DNA from: Candidatus Latescibacterota bacterium | GTDB taxonomy: Bacteria > Latescibacterota > UBA2968 > UBA8231 | Assembly: GCA_965242865.1 (NCBI GenBank) | Contig: CBDETK010000013.1 | Span: forward strand, 896,001 to 960,000 | Reading direction: 5' to 3' | Length of the DNA stretch: 64,000 bases | Shown here: positions 19,690-28,288 of the stretch, piece by piece | Numbering within the stretch: position 1 is the first letter of the stretch | Layout of the letters: each line of letters begins with the position of its first letter | The notes under the pieces: model-generated | Database searches by the model: none | The model's input: the letters and a program-made list of their open reading frames with translations, nothing else | Told to the model about the DNA's origin: nothing | Made by a program: the position numbers and the translations under genes

Positions 19690-20640
19690 ATGAAAAATCA
19701 CCTGAAAATATTGTCCGGTTCGAGCAATCCAGACCTAGCCCAAGAAATATGTACGTACTTGGCGATCCCGCCGGCGCGCCGCCAGATCGTCCGTGCGCCC
19801 AACGACAACATAAAGGTTAAAATCGAGGAGAATGTGCGCGAAGACGACGTCTTCGTCATCCAGACATCAGCCCCTCCGGTCAACCACCACTTCGTTGAAC
19901 TGCTGTTGCTGATTGACGCGCTCAAGTACGCGTCGTCGCGCCGAATTACGGCCGTGCTGCCCTATTATCCTTATGTGCGCTCCGACAAAAAGGACGAACC
20001 GCGCATTTCCATTAGCGCGCGCCTCGTCGCCGACTTGCTGCAAGCGGCCGGGGCCGACCGAATTTTGACCATTGCCTTGCACAGTCCGCAAATCGTGGCG
20101 TTCTCGCGCATTCCGGTTGACCAACTGTGGGCTACGAGCCTGCTGTGCAACTTTATGCAGCTAAAAGACCTCAGCAACGCGGTGGTGGTGTCGCCCGATG
20201 TGGGGAGCGCCGATGAAGCGAGTGCTTATGCGCGTCGGCTCGGCTTGCCCATGGCCATTATGGACAAACGCCGCCACGCGGACGACGAAAAGGCCACCAT
20301 CAAAACCATGATCGGCGAGGTCGAGGGGCGCGACGCCTTGCTCTTCGACGACGAAGTGCTGACGGGGGGGTCCATGATGGAGTCCATCCGGGTTCTCAAA
20401 GAAAGGGGCGTGCGCCGAATACTGGCCGGCTGTACGCACGGCGTTTTTTCTGGGCGTGCGCTAGAGCGAATTGAGGCCTCCTCGGTGGAAGCATTCGCCA
20501 CCACAAACACCATTCCCTTGCCGGCGGGCAAGCCGAGGCGCAAAATCGCCGTATTGAGCGTCGCCCGGTTGCTAGGGGATGCAATCAAGGCCATTCACCG
20601 CGGCGAATCCGTCAGCCGCTTAATTGAGTGGGAGGGTTAG
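19690..20640 (+). CDS. prs: Ribose-phosphate pyrophosphokinase
   Basis: PYYPYVRSDKK, VSPDVG, DKRR, DDEVLTGGS. Confidence 0.93.
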   Translation: MKNHLKILSGSSNPDLAQEICTYLAIPPARRQIVRAPNDNIKVKIEENVREDDVFVIQTSAPPVNHHFVELLLLIDALKYASSRRITAVLPYYPYVRSDKKDEPRISISARLVADLLQAAGADRILTIALHSPQIVAFSRIPVDQLWATSLLCNFMQLKDLSNAVVVSPDVGSADEASAYARRLGLPMAIMDKRRHADDEKATIKTMIGEVEGRDALLFDDEVLTGGSMMESIRVLKERGVRRILAGCTHGVFSGRALERIEASSVEAFATTNTIPLPAGKPRRKIAVLSVARLLGDAIKAIHRGESVSRLIEWEG

Positions 20641-20643
20641 GTA

Positions 20644-20805
20644 ATGCCAAGTAAGCTGACTATTTTCTCTGAGTTATGGGATTTTATGAAGGTCCGCAAA
20701 AAGTGGTGGTTGGGGCCGATATTCGCCGTTTTGATCCTGCTCGGGCTGCTCATTGTCACCACCCAAGGGTCGGCGGTGGCGCCTTTCATTTACACGCTGT
20801 TTTAG
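20644..20805 (+). CDS. Small membrane protein, DUF5989-like (53 aa)
   Basis: MPSKLTIFSELWDFMKVRKKWWLGPIFAVLILLGLLIVTTQGSAVAPFIYTLF; missed by ORF track. Confidence 0.85.
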   Translation: MPSKLTIFSELWDFMKVRKKWWLGPIFAVLILLGLLIVTTQGSAVAPFIYTLF

Positions 20806-20831
20806 TGCTCATAAAGATTTTTATGTAAATG
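20804..20831 (+). repeat. dif-like site B: AGTGCTCATAA-AGATTT-TTATGTAAATG
   Basis: Left arm 9/11 identical to E. coli XerC arm GGTGCGCATAA; ends in apt ATG. Confidence 0.75.
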
Positions 20832-21341
20832 AACCTCAAAGAACTCATCCGCGAAGTCCCCAACTTCCCGCAAGCCGGCGTCTCCTACAAGGACATCACG
20901 CCGCTGCTCAAAGACCCGGTTGGTTTGGCCGCCGCAGTCCAAGCCATGCTGGTCCCCTTTGCGGACGCCAAGGTCGATCTCGTCGCCGGCATTGAGGCGC
21001 GCGGCTTTGTATTTGCCGCGCCAATCGCCCTCGAACTGGGATGTGGTTTGGTGCCGGTGCGCAAGCCGGGCAAGCTCCCGGCGGCCACCTTGCGCCGCGA
21101 ATACGCGCTCGAATACGGCGAGACGGCCTTAGAAGTCCACACCGATGCGGTCGCCCCCGGGCAAAAGATCTTGGTCGTGGACGACGTCTTGGCCACCGGC
21201 GGGACCTTGGCGGCGACCTGCCACGTGCTCAAAACGCTAGGGGCGGTGGTCGCCGGCATCAGCGTGTTGGTCGAGTTGAGCTTTTTAGCGGGCCGCGACC
21301 GCTTGCCCGGCTACCCATTGGAAACCGCTATCGTCTATTGA
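20829..21341 (+). CDS. apt: Adenine phosphoribosyltransferase
   Basis: GIEARGF, RKPGKLP, YALEYG, VDDVLATGGT. Confidence 0.97.
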   Translation: MNLKELIREVPNFPQAGVSYKDITPLLKDPVGLAAAVQAMLVPFADAKVDLVAGIEARGFVFAAPIALELGCGLVPVRKPGKLPAATLRREYALEYGETALEVHTDAVAPGQKILVVDDVLATGGTLAATCHVLKTLGAVVAGISVLVELSFLAGRDRLPGYPLETAIVY

Positions 21342-21382
21342 ACCCCAACCCCAACCCCAAACGATGGAGCCATCATACCTTC

Positions 21383-22054
21383 ATGTCGAGTGAACGCCGT
21401 AAACTGAGCAAGAGCGAACTCCGCGAAGACGAGTTTGTCGAATGGATCATGCAGGCGGTCGAGTACGTCAAGGAGCGCGCCCGCCTCTTTGGCAGCGGGG
21501 CCGTCGCCGTGGTCGCGGTCATTGTGGCCATCAATTATTTCATCGAGTCCAAGGAGGCCAGTCGGCTCCAAGCCGCGGCCCTGCTCGGAGATGTGCTGAT
21601 GGTCGAGCAGGGCGGAGAGCCGACCGAAGCCATTCGCTTGGCCGAAGAGCTGGTGTCCTCCGCCTATGCTGGGACGGCGGCCGCGGCCCAAGGGACCGTG
21701 CTGTTGGCCCATCTCCACTACGCCGAGGGGCGCTATGCCGAGGCGCGGCGGTACTACCAAAGCTACTTGGACAACTACGAGCCGGTGGATGTCTTGGTGT
21801 ACGCCGCCCAAAGCGGTCTGGCCGCCTGTCTCGAAGCCGAGGGGCAGCTTTTGGCCGCGGCCCAGCACTACGAAGGGTATGCGGCTCAACAGGCCGGGAC
21901 GATCCACGAGGCCCGGGCCCAGATGGAAGCTGCCCGCATCTATGGGTTAGCCGGCGAGCGCACCGAGCAACAGGCCCTGCTCGAAGCGGTCCGGCGCGCA
22001 TTCCCCCAGTACCCCATTGCCGCACGCGCCCGCGCTGCTCTAGCCCTGTTCTAG
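21383..22054 (+). CDS. YfgM-like membrane-anchored TPR protein
   Basis: KSELREDEF, single TM, TPR helices. Confidence 0.75.
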   Translation: MSSERRKLSKSELREDEFVEWIMQAVEYVKERARLFGSGAVAVVAVIVAINYFIESKEASRLQAAALLGDVLMVEQGGEPTEAIRLAEELVSSAYAGTAAAAQGTVLLAHLHYAEGRYAEARRYYQSYLDNYEPVDVLVYAAQSGLAACLEAEGQLLAAAQHYEGYAAQQAGTIHEARAQMEAARIYGLAGERTEQQALLEAVRRAFPQYPIAARARAALALF

Positions 22055-22063
22055 GTAAAGGGC

Positions 22064-22984
22064 ATGGGGAGTACCGATCTCAAGGTGTTTGCCGGGCGGA
22101 GCAATCCCGCCTTGGCCGCAGGCATTTACCAGGCGCTGGCCATTGAGCCGGGGGGCATTGAGTTCATCGACTTTAGCAACGAAAACATCAAAGTAAAGAT
22201 CTGCGAAAACGTGCGCGGCCGCGATGTGTTCTTTATTCAAACGTCGTGTCCGCCGGTTAGCTCCTACTTGATGGAGCTGCTCATCGCCCTCGACGCCCTA
22301 AAATACGCCTCGGCCGGCCGCATCACCGCGGTCTTGCCGTACTACCCTTACGCGCTGGCCGACAGCAAGGACGAGCCGCGGATTTCCGTGGCCGGCCGCT
22401 TGGTGGCCGACCTGATCGCTGAAGCTGGGGCCGACCGCATTCTCACCATGACCTTACACAGCCCGCAGACGATGGGGTTTAGCCGGATTCTAGTGGACCA
22501 ACTGAGCGGCGTCCCCGCGATATGCGCTTACTACGCCGACCTCGGCCGCGACGGCTTGGTCGCGGCCGCGCCAGACATCAGCCGCGCCAAGGTCACCGAG
22601 ACGTATGCCCAGCGCTTGGGATTGCCCTTGGTGGTCGTGGATCAGGGGGCCGGGGAAAACAGGGTCATTGGCGACGTCGCCGACCGCGATGTCGTATTTT
22701 TCGACGATGCGATCATCACCGGCGCTTCCATCCTCGCCGGCGCCGCGGCCGTCAAGGAGCGCGGGGCGCGCAAAATCTACGCCGGCTGCGTCCACGGCAC
22801 CCTAACCGAGCCGACCATAGCCCGCTTGGAGCAATCCAGCCTCCAAGCCTTGGCCATCACCGACACGATCCCCGTGCCAGCCGCCGCCGGTCCCATAGTA
22901 CAGGTCTGCTCGGTGGCCCCTCTTTTTGCCAGTGCCATCCGCGCTATCCACGAAGAGACCTCCATTAGCGCGCTATTCAACTGA
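22064..22984 (+). CDS. Second PRPP synthetase paralog with degenerate catalytic motifs
   Basis: Colinear with Prs but YALAD, APDIS and VDQG replace YxRxD, SPDxG and DKRR. Confidence 0.85.
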   Translation: MGSTDLKVFAGRSNPALAAGIYQALAIEPGGIEFIDFSNENIKVKICENVRGRDVFFIQTSCPPVSSYLMELLIALDALKYASAGRITAVLPYYPYALADSKDEPRISVAGRLVADLIAEAGADRILTMTLHSPQTMGFSRILVDQLSGVPAICAYYADLGRDGLVAAAPDISRAKVTETYAQRLGLPLVVVDQGAGENRVIGDVADRDVVFFDDAIITGASILAGAAAVKERGARKIYAGCVHGTLTEPTIARLEQSSLQALAITDTIPVPAAAGPIVQVCSVAPLFASAIRAIHEETSISALFN

Positions 22985-22993
22985 GGCGGCCCC

Positions 22994-23716
22994 GTGAAGA
23001 TCGCAGTGCTCGCCGACATTCACGCCAATCTCGAAGCGCTAGAGGCCGTATTGATCGCCGCGGCCCACGCCGGGGCCGAGCGCGTTATCTGCCTAGGCGA
23101 CATCGTGGGGTACGGGCCCGACCCGTTGGGCTGTATCTATCGGCTCAAGGAGGTCGAGGCCCAGATCGTATTGGGCAACCACGACCAAGCCGCGTTGGAG
23201 CCCCAGCGCATCCAGTCCTTTAACGCACTGGCCCGTCCCTCGCTATACCAAGCCTACGAGGCGCTGGGGCCGGAAGAACGCGATTTTTTAGAACAGGGAG
23301 TCTTTCGGCGCGTAGAGCGCAATGCAGGGCTGGCCCACGCCAACCCCCTCCAGCCGGAAGCGTGGGAGCCCCTCCTCCTGTACGATCGCGTTGCTTGGTG
23401 TATGCGGCAGCTCAAGTGGCCCTTGGCTTTTGTCGGCCACACCCACGAAGCGCGCATCTACTGCAAGCTGGGCGACGAGCCCGTGCTGTTGACCTCGGCC
23501 ACGGCCGCCATCGGGGAGCACCAATACTTGGTTACGGTCGGCAGCGTCGGCCAGCCCCGCGATGGCGACTGGCGGTCGGCCTATACCCTGTGGGATGTCG
23601 ATGAACAATGGGTCGAGCTCCAGCGCGTCGAATACCCGGTCAAGCGAACCCAAGCAAAGATCAACACCCTCGGCTATCCCCACTACTTGGCCGAGCGCTT
23701 GGCCAAAGGGGAGTAG
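22994..23716 (+). CDS. Metallophosphoesterase
   Basis: DIHAN, GDIVGYG, GNHD, GHTH, GSVGQPRDG. Confidence 0.92.
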   Translation: MKIAVLADIHANLEALEAVLIAAAHAGAERVICLGDIVGYGPDPLGCIYRLKEVEAQIVLGNHDQAALEPQRIQSFNALARPSLYQAYEALGPEERDFLEQGVFRRVERNAGLAHANPLQPEAWEPLLLYDRVAWCMRQLKWPLAFVGHTHEARIYCKLGDEPVLLTSATAAIGEHQYLVTVGSVGQPRDGDWRSAYTLWDVDEQWVELQRVEYPVKRTQAKINTLGYPHYLAERLAKGE

Positions 23717-23731
23717 GCTAGGCCGGTTGGC

Positions 23732-24637
23732 ATGCAGGGCCGCATCCTTAGAGTCTCTGGGCGGCAGTGCCTCGTCGAGGTTGAGCAGCGCGACTGGCAA
23801 TGCAAAATTAGGGGCCGGCTCAAGGCGGGAGCCCGCAAGACCCACTCCCCGGTCGTCGCCGGCGACTGGGTTGAGATTGTGCCGACGGCCGAGCGGACGG
23901 GCGTCATCGAAGCGGTGCATCCCCGGTCGTCCAAGTTCTCGCGCGGGGGCCGGGGGATGCGCCCGGTTGAGCAGATCCTCTTCGTCAATATGGAGCAATT
24001 GGTGGTCGTCGTGGCCGCTTGCCAGCCGAGGCCGCGGCGAGGTTTTATGGACCGAGCGCTTGTCATGGCCCTCCAGGGGAATCTCCAGCCCGTGATCTGC
24101 ATCAACAAAATCGACTTAGTCGCCCAAGAAGCCGTGGACGCCCTGACCGCGCCCTACGAAGCCTTGGGGTATCCAATCTATCGCACCAGCGCGGTACAGG
24201 GCACTGGAATGGGCGAGTTCAAAAAGGCCCTGAGCCAGCGCCGCACGGCCGTGGTCGGCCAATCCGGGGTCGGTAAATCGACCTTGCTCAACGGCGTTGA
24301 ACGCGGGTTGGGCCTCAAGACTAAGGAGATAATGAAACGCCGCGATCGCGGCCGGCACACCACCGCGGCCGTGCATCTGTTCAAGTTGCGCGCCGGCGGC
24401 TATGTGGCCGATACCCCTGGGGTTGACGCGCTCCGCTTATGGGGGATAAAACCGGCCGAGCTCGCGGCGTATTACCCCGAGCTCGACCCATTGCGCGGCC
24501 AGTGTCAATTCGGCGATTGCAGTCACGTGCGCGAATCCGGTTGCGCGGTGCAGGCGGCCGTAGCGGCTGGCCGGGTGGCCGCGGCGCGCTACGAAGGCTA
24601 CCGGCGCATTTTCGCCAGCTTGAGCCGCGATGAGTGA
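23732..24637 (+). CDS. rsgA: Ribosome small subunit-dependent GTPase A
   Basis: NKID, GQSGVGKS, GRHTT, DTPG, CQFGDCSH..E.GC. Confidence 0.96.
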   Translation: MQGRILRVSGRQCLVEVEQRDWQCKIRGRLKAGARKTHSPVVAGDWVEIVPTAERTGVIEAVHPRSSKFSRGGRGMRPVEQILFVNMEQLVVVVAACQPRPRRGFMDRALVMALQGNLQPVICINKIDLVAQEAVDALTAPYEALGYPIYRTSAVQGTGMGEFKKALSQRRTAVVGQSGVGKSTLLNGVERGLGLKTKEIMKRRDRGRHTTAAVHLFKLRAGGYVADTPGVDALRLWGIKPAELAAYYPELDPLRGQCQFGDCSHVRESGCAVQAAVAAGRVAAARYEGYRRIFASLSRDE

Positions 24638-25577
24638 ACTATCCATCGAGGAGTTGCTCGCCACCTACGGGCCACAGCTGCGACTCGAGCTCATCGCCGG
24701 GGCCGAGGGGTTGCAGCGGACCATCAACAACAGCGACATCCATCGCCCCGGCTTGGCTCTGACGGGCTTTGTCGAGTTGTTTACCTTGGATCAAGTGCAA
24801 CTGTTGGGCAATACCGAAGTGGAGTACCTGCGCAGCTTATCCCCACAGCGGCGGCGGCAAGCCCTCAAAATCATCTATCAATTCGACATTCCATGCGTGG
24901 TCTTGACCGGGCGGGGGCGCATGCACTCTGAGCTGCGGGCACTTGCCGACGAGTGCGCGGTCCCGCTGCTCAAGTCCGAATTCAGCACGGCCGAGCTGAC
25001 CCACCTGATCCGCTTTTATCTCGACGAAGTGTTCGCACCCCAAGTGTCCGTGCATGGGACGCTGGTCGATGTCTCCGGGGTAGGGCTGCTCTTTCGCGGT
25101 CGCAGCGGCATTGGCAAAAGCGAGGTCGCCTTGGATTTGGTCGAGCGCGGGCATCGGTTGGTGGCCGACGACGTGGTCATCATCAACCGCAAGCCCCAAG
25201 GCATTTTGGTGGGGCGCAGCTCGGCAATGCTCCAAGATCACATTGAAATTCGCGGCATTGGCATCCTAGACGTAAAAAAGATGTTTGGCGCGTGGCGAAC
25301 TCGGCGGCAGAAGCGGGTGGAGATATTGGTCAACCTCGTTGATTGGGACGAAAAATACGCGTACGAACGCCTCGGCCTCGAAGACAATAAGGTGGTAATC
25401 CTCGGCGTTGAGGTGCCCGAGGTCTTCATCCCGCTGTTTCCCGGCAAAAACATCACGGTACTCGCCGAGACCATCGCGATAGATTATCTCTTGCGCTTGG
25501 ACGGGGGGTACGCGGCCCGGACCTTTAGCCAGCGGCTCCAAGAGCGCATTAGGGGGAGGGGGGACGAAAAGCCATGA
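24630..25577 (+). CDS. hprK: HPr kinase/phosphorylase
   Basis: HRPGLAL, GRSGIGKSE, GHRLVADD, EIRGIGI. Confidence 0.96.
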   Translation: MSELSIEELLATYGPQLRLELIAGAEGLQRTINNSDIHRPGLALTGFVELFTLDQVQLLGNTEVEYLRSLSPQRRRQALKIIYQFDIPCVVLTGRGRMHSELRALADECAVPLLKSEFSTAELTHLIRFYLDEVFAPQVSVHGTLVDVSGVGLLFRGRSGIGKSEVALDLVERGHRLVADDVVIINRKPQGILVGRSSAMLQDHIEIRGIGILDVKKMFGAWRTRRQKRVEILVNLVDWDEKYAYERLGLEDNKVVILGVEVPEVFIPLFPGKNITVLAETIAIDYLLRLDGGYAARTFSQRLQERIRGRGDEKP

Positions 25578-26458
25578 TGACGCTCGGCGTGGCCGGCCAT
25601 GCCCGCGAGGTGGCGGTCCATCGGCAGGCTCTGCGGGGTTGCCGCGAGATTCGACTGGTGTATCGCGCCGATTGCGCCGCGGTCTTACGCGAAAAAATAG
25701 ATGGGCTGGTGTTGTTGCACGTAGAGGACAAGGCGCATTGGCTCGACGCGGCCAGCGCGGCCGGTCTCCACGTCATGGCGACCCATCCCGTCCAAGAGGT
25801 GAACCATCCGTCCAAGGTCTGCGTGCTGTCGCTGGGGAGGCACACGCGCTTTGGCTCGGCGTTGGCCCGACCGGGCGTGGCGCATTACTCGTTGGAGCTT
25901 TCTTTTACGTCGGCTTCCTTTGAGCGCGTGGACCGCGAGGCGATTTGCAATCAAGCGGCCTTGGATATGTGCGACCTGCTGTTGGGTGCTTGGGGGCCGG
26001 TCGATGTGCTGTACAGCAGGATGCGCAACTTCTTTCATCCCGGTCGCGTGGAGGACGCGTCGGTCGCGCTGCTGAGAATGCACAATGGCGTCGAAGGTTC
26101 GGTCGCGCTCTTCGACGTGGCGGGGGGGACCCCGACCTTGCGGATTCGGTTGTACGCAGCCGACGAGGTCGTGGATGCGTCTTGGCCTTGGGCATGGGCC
26201 GCAGACGATTTGGCGGCGTACTATCGCAATTTCGTCGCTTGTATCCAAGGGCGGGCCCAGCCCCTGTTGGGATTGGGGCAGGTCGCCGAAAGCTATCGGC
26301 TCTTGGCATGGCTGCGCGCCTCGGCGCGACAAGATGCGATAATGTCTTATAAAGATTTTTATGTAAATAAAAAAACAAAAGACAAAAACCATCATCATTC
26401 AGAACTGGATTCCCGCGTTCGTGGGAATGACGACTGTATGCAAAAACAGGGCCGATGA
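25574..26458 (+). CDS. Divergent Gfo/Idh/MocA-like protein with repeat-derived C-terminal tail
   Basis: AGLHV and VEDASVALLRMHNGVEG resemble Gfo/Idh/MocA; the last ~38 codons read through dif-like site C and the palindrome. Confidence 0.55.
   Translation: MMTLGVAGHAREVAVHRQALRGCREIRLVYRADCAAVLREKIDGLVLLHVEDKAHWLDAASAAGLHVMATHPVQEVNHPSKVCVLSLGRHTRFGSALARPGVAHYSLELSFTSASFERVDREAICNQAALDMCDLLLGAWGPVDVLYSRMRNFFHPGRVEDASVALLRMHNGVEGSVALFDVAGGTPTLRIRLYAADEVVDASWPWAWAADDLAAYYRNFVACIQGRAQPLLGLGQVAESYRLLAWLRASARQDAIMSYKDFYVNKKTKDKNHHHSELDSRVRGNDDCMQKQGR
26342..26369 (+). repeat. dif-like site C: ATGTCTTATAA-AGATTT-TTATGTAAATA
   Basis: Left arm identical to sites D and E; spacer identical to A and B. 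Confidence 0.78.
26405..26431. repeat. REP/dRS3-like palindrome copy
   Basis: CTGGATTCCCGCGTTCGTGGGAATGAC. Confidence 0.85.
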
Positions 26459-26482
26459 ACATTCCATTAGGACAGCTATATA

Positions 26483-27016
26483 ATGTATAAGTCATCGTCA
26501 TCCGCCGCGCCTCCCACGTACTTCGCGCTTGGGTTAGCGTCTTTCTTGTTGGCGATTGTGTTGCTGTTCAACCTGCTCAGTCCTATGACCGTGCCGGTTA
26601 CCAAGGAGCAGTTTGAGCAGATTAGAGAGGCCGACCTGATTGAGTATCTAATCGTGCAACCCCGGGGATTTGCTTGGCAGCTCAAACGGGCCGTGCGCGT
26701 CCAAGGGACCAACGGCCCGACTCAGGCCCAGCGGATCGCGCTCGCCGAGCCGGACTCAACGATGGCCGAAAATTGGCAACAAAAGGGGGGTGCGGTGCGG
26801 CAAGAGCGCGATGTTTCGCAGTGGGGGGGGATGATCTTCATGGCCTTGTTGCTCGGCGTGGGGGGGTGGCATATCTGGTCCCAAATACGGCTCGATCTCA
26901 AAGGGGGAGGGGGGCCTCGCCGTCGCTTGCGCGACCTAGAAACCGCGCTCAAACAAGGCAAAATTACCCAAGCCGAATTCCGGCAGCAGGCCGAGCGGCT
27001 GTGGGCCGAATTGTGA
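26483..27016 (+). CDS. Hypothetical 2-TM membrane protein with SHOCT-like C-terminus
   Basis: Two TM segments; LKQGKITQAEF. Confidence 0.6.
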   Translation: MYKSSSSAAPPTYFALGLASFLLAIVLLFNLLSPMTVPVTKEQFEQIREADLIEYLIVQPRGFAWQLKRAVRVQGTNGPTQAQRIALAEPDSTMAENWQQKGGAVRQERDVSQWGGMIFMALLLGVGGWHIWSQIRLDLKGGGGPRRRLRDLETALKQGKITQAEFRQQAERLWAEL

Positions 27017-27030
27017 GGAGCTATGGCGAG
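27010..27030 (+). repeat. 21-bp direct repeat, left copy (duplicate of mutL RBS and start)
   Basis: ATTGTGAGGAGCTATGGCGAG identical to 28268-28288. Confidence 0.92.
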
Positions 27031-27048
27031 AGGTGGGGACGCTTCCAA

Positions 27049-27075
27049 GGCTGGAGGGCAGGACGCCCTCCAGCC
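27049..27075. terminator. GC hairpin downstream of LRR gene 1 (related copy at 30081-30111)
   Basis: GGCTGGAGGGC-AGGAC-GCCCTCCAGCC; no clear U tract. Confidence 0.55.
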
Positions 27076-27136
27076 CGGATGCATTGCAAACAACACGTAG
27101 GTCTGTGTGCTATCGGCGTCGGGGACGCCATCCCCG

Positions 27137-28108
27137 TTACTGTCTGTCGGGCAGGTCAGGGTTGGGTGGGACTGGCTTTGACGCTACGACGCGCCTTGAG
27201 CCAGGTCTTGCTCTCAAGGAGTCGATTGCGGCTCTTGATGCTTCGGAGAGGGGACAACCAGAAATCGATATAAGTTTCAAGTTGGGCAGCTTGCCCGGCA
27301 GGCCGAAGTCACTCAAATCCGAAACCGCGCACGACCTGTTACCTTTGCTATGCATCCTCAGCGTATCCAAGTTGGTCAAATTTGCCAACGGATTCACATT
27401 CGTAAGAAGGGGGTTGCCCATCAGCCTCAGGTGTCGCAAGTTGGTCAAATTTGCCAACGGATTCACATCCGCAAGAAGGTCGTTGTTGGTCAGCCTCAGG
27501 TGTCGCAAGTTGGTCAAACTGTCCAATGGACTCAAGTCCATAAGAAGGTCGTTGGCATCCAGATACAGGTGTCGCAAGTTGGTCAAACTTCTCAATGGAC
27601 TCAAGTCCGTAAGAAGGTCGTTGTCGCCCAGCCGCAGCCACTTCAAGTTGGTCAAACTGGCCAACGGAGTCACATCCGTAAGAAGGGGATTGCTGCTCAG
27701 AGCCAGCGAGTCCAAGTTGGTCAGACGGGCTAACGGAGTCATATCCGAAATCGCGTTGTCGTTCAGATTCAGGAATCGCAAGTTGGTCAAGTGTTCAAGG
27801 CCTTCCAAACGCTGAATGTTTTTACTGCTCGCGTCGAGCTTTGTCAGGAGAGCCAGATCATTTGCGGTAAGGGGCGTCACGTGCGCCAAGTTGGGGGGGA
27901 TGTCCAACAAGGGGTCCAGTGTCTTCCGCACCGCACGCTCCAGATTGGGGTCGATGAAAGGCGAAACTGGGCAGGATGTGCTTGTACTCAGGTGGGCTTT
28001 GCCGGCCGGATGGGGGGCAACCGGCGCGGAGTCGGCGCATCCCATCCAAGTGGCGATGAGGGCCAACAGGGCGAATCCCAGCAGGGTTTTTAGGGGGGTC
28101 AACAACAT
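27137..28108 (-). CDS. Internalin-like leucine-rich-repeat lipoprotein 1
   Basis: WMGC lipobox, DPNLERAVR cap, LxxLTNLxxLxLxxN repeats (mostly 23 aa). Confidence 0.9.
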   Translation of the reverse strand: MLLTPLKTLLGFALLALIATWMGCADSAPVAPHPAGKAHLSTSTSCPVSPFIDPNLERAVRKTLDPLLDIPPNLAHVTPLTANDLALLTKLDASSKNIQRLEGLEHLTNLRFLNLNDNAISDMTPLARLTNLDSLALSSNPLLTDVTPLASLTNLKWLRLGDNDLLTDLSPLRSLTNLRHLYLDANDLLMDLSPLDSLTNLRHLRLTNNDLLADVNPLANLTNLRHLRLMGNPLLTNVNPLANLTNLDTLRMHSKGNRSCAVSDLSDFGLPGKLPNLKLISISGCPLSEASRAAIDSLRARPGSRRVVASKPVPPNPDLPDRQ

Positions 28109-28206
28109 TTTTCCTCTCCTTTCCTTTATCTGGTATGGAGGTTAGGAGGGGGCTAGTCCTAGGAAACGCCCCTCCTTATTTGGTTTATAGGCCGTAGTAT
28201 CTCCAC

Positions 28207-28223
28207 TGCCCGTTATCATTAGT
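28207..28223. repeat. Recombination half-site upstream of LRR1: TGCCCG-TTATCATTAGT
   Basis: 15/17 match to the inverted copy of 31346-31362. Confidence 0.7.
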
Positions 28224-28267
28224 TACTTGAAGGGGGTTAGGCGAGGTCTGGTGGTCTTTGATTCTAT

Positions 28268-28288
28268 ATTGTGAGGAGCTATGGCGAG
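28268..28288 (+). repeat. 21-bp direct repeat, right copy (functional mutL RBS and ATG)
   Basis: Identical to 27010-27030. Confidence 0.92.

Noticed and set aside
26473-26500. CAGCTATATAA-TGTATA half-site (E. coli dif spacer)
   Set aside because: No right arm; could be chance or a -10 element.
27033-27815. Long + strand ORFs antisense to the LRR genes (also 30138-30860)
   Set aside because: Shadow frames of repetitive LRR codons; no family features.
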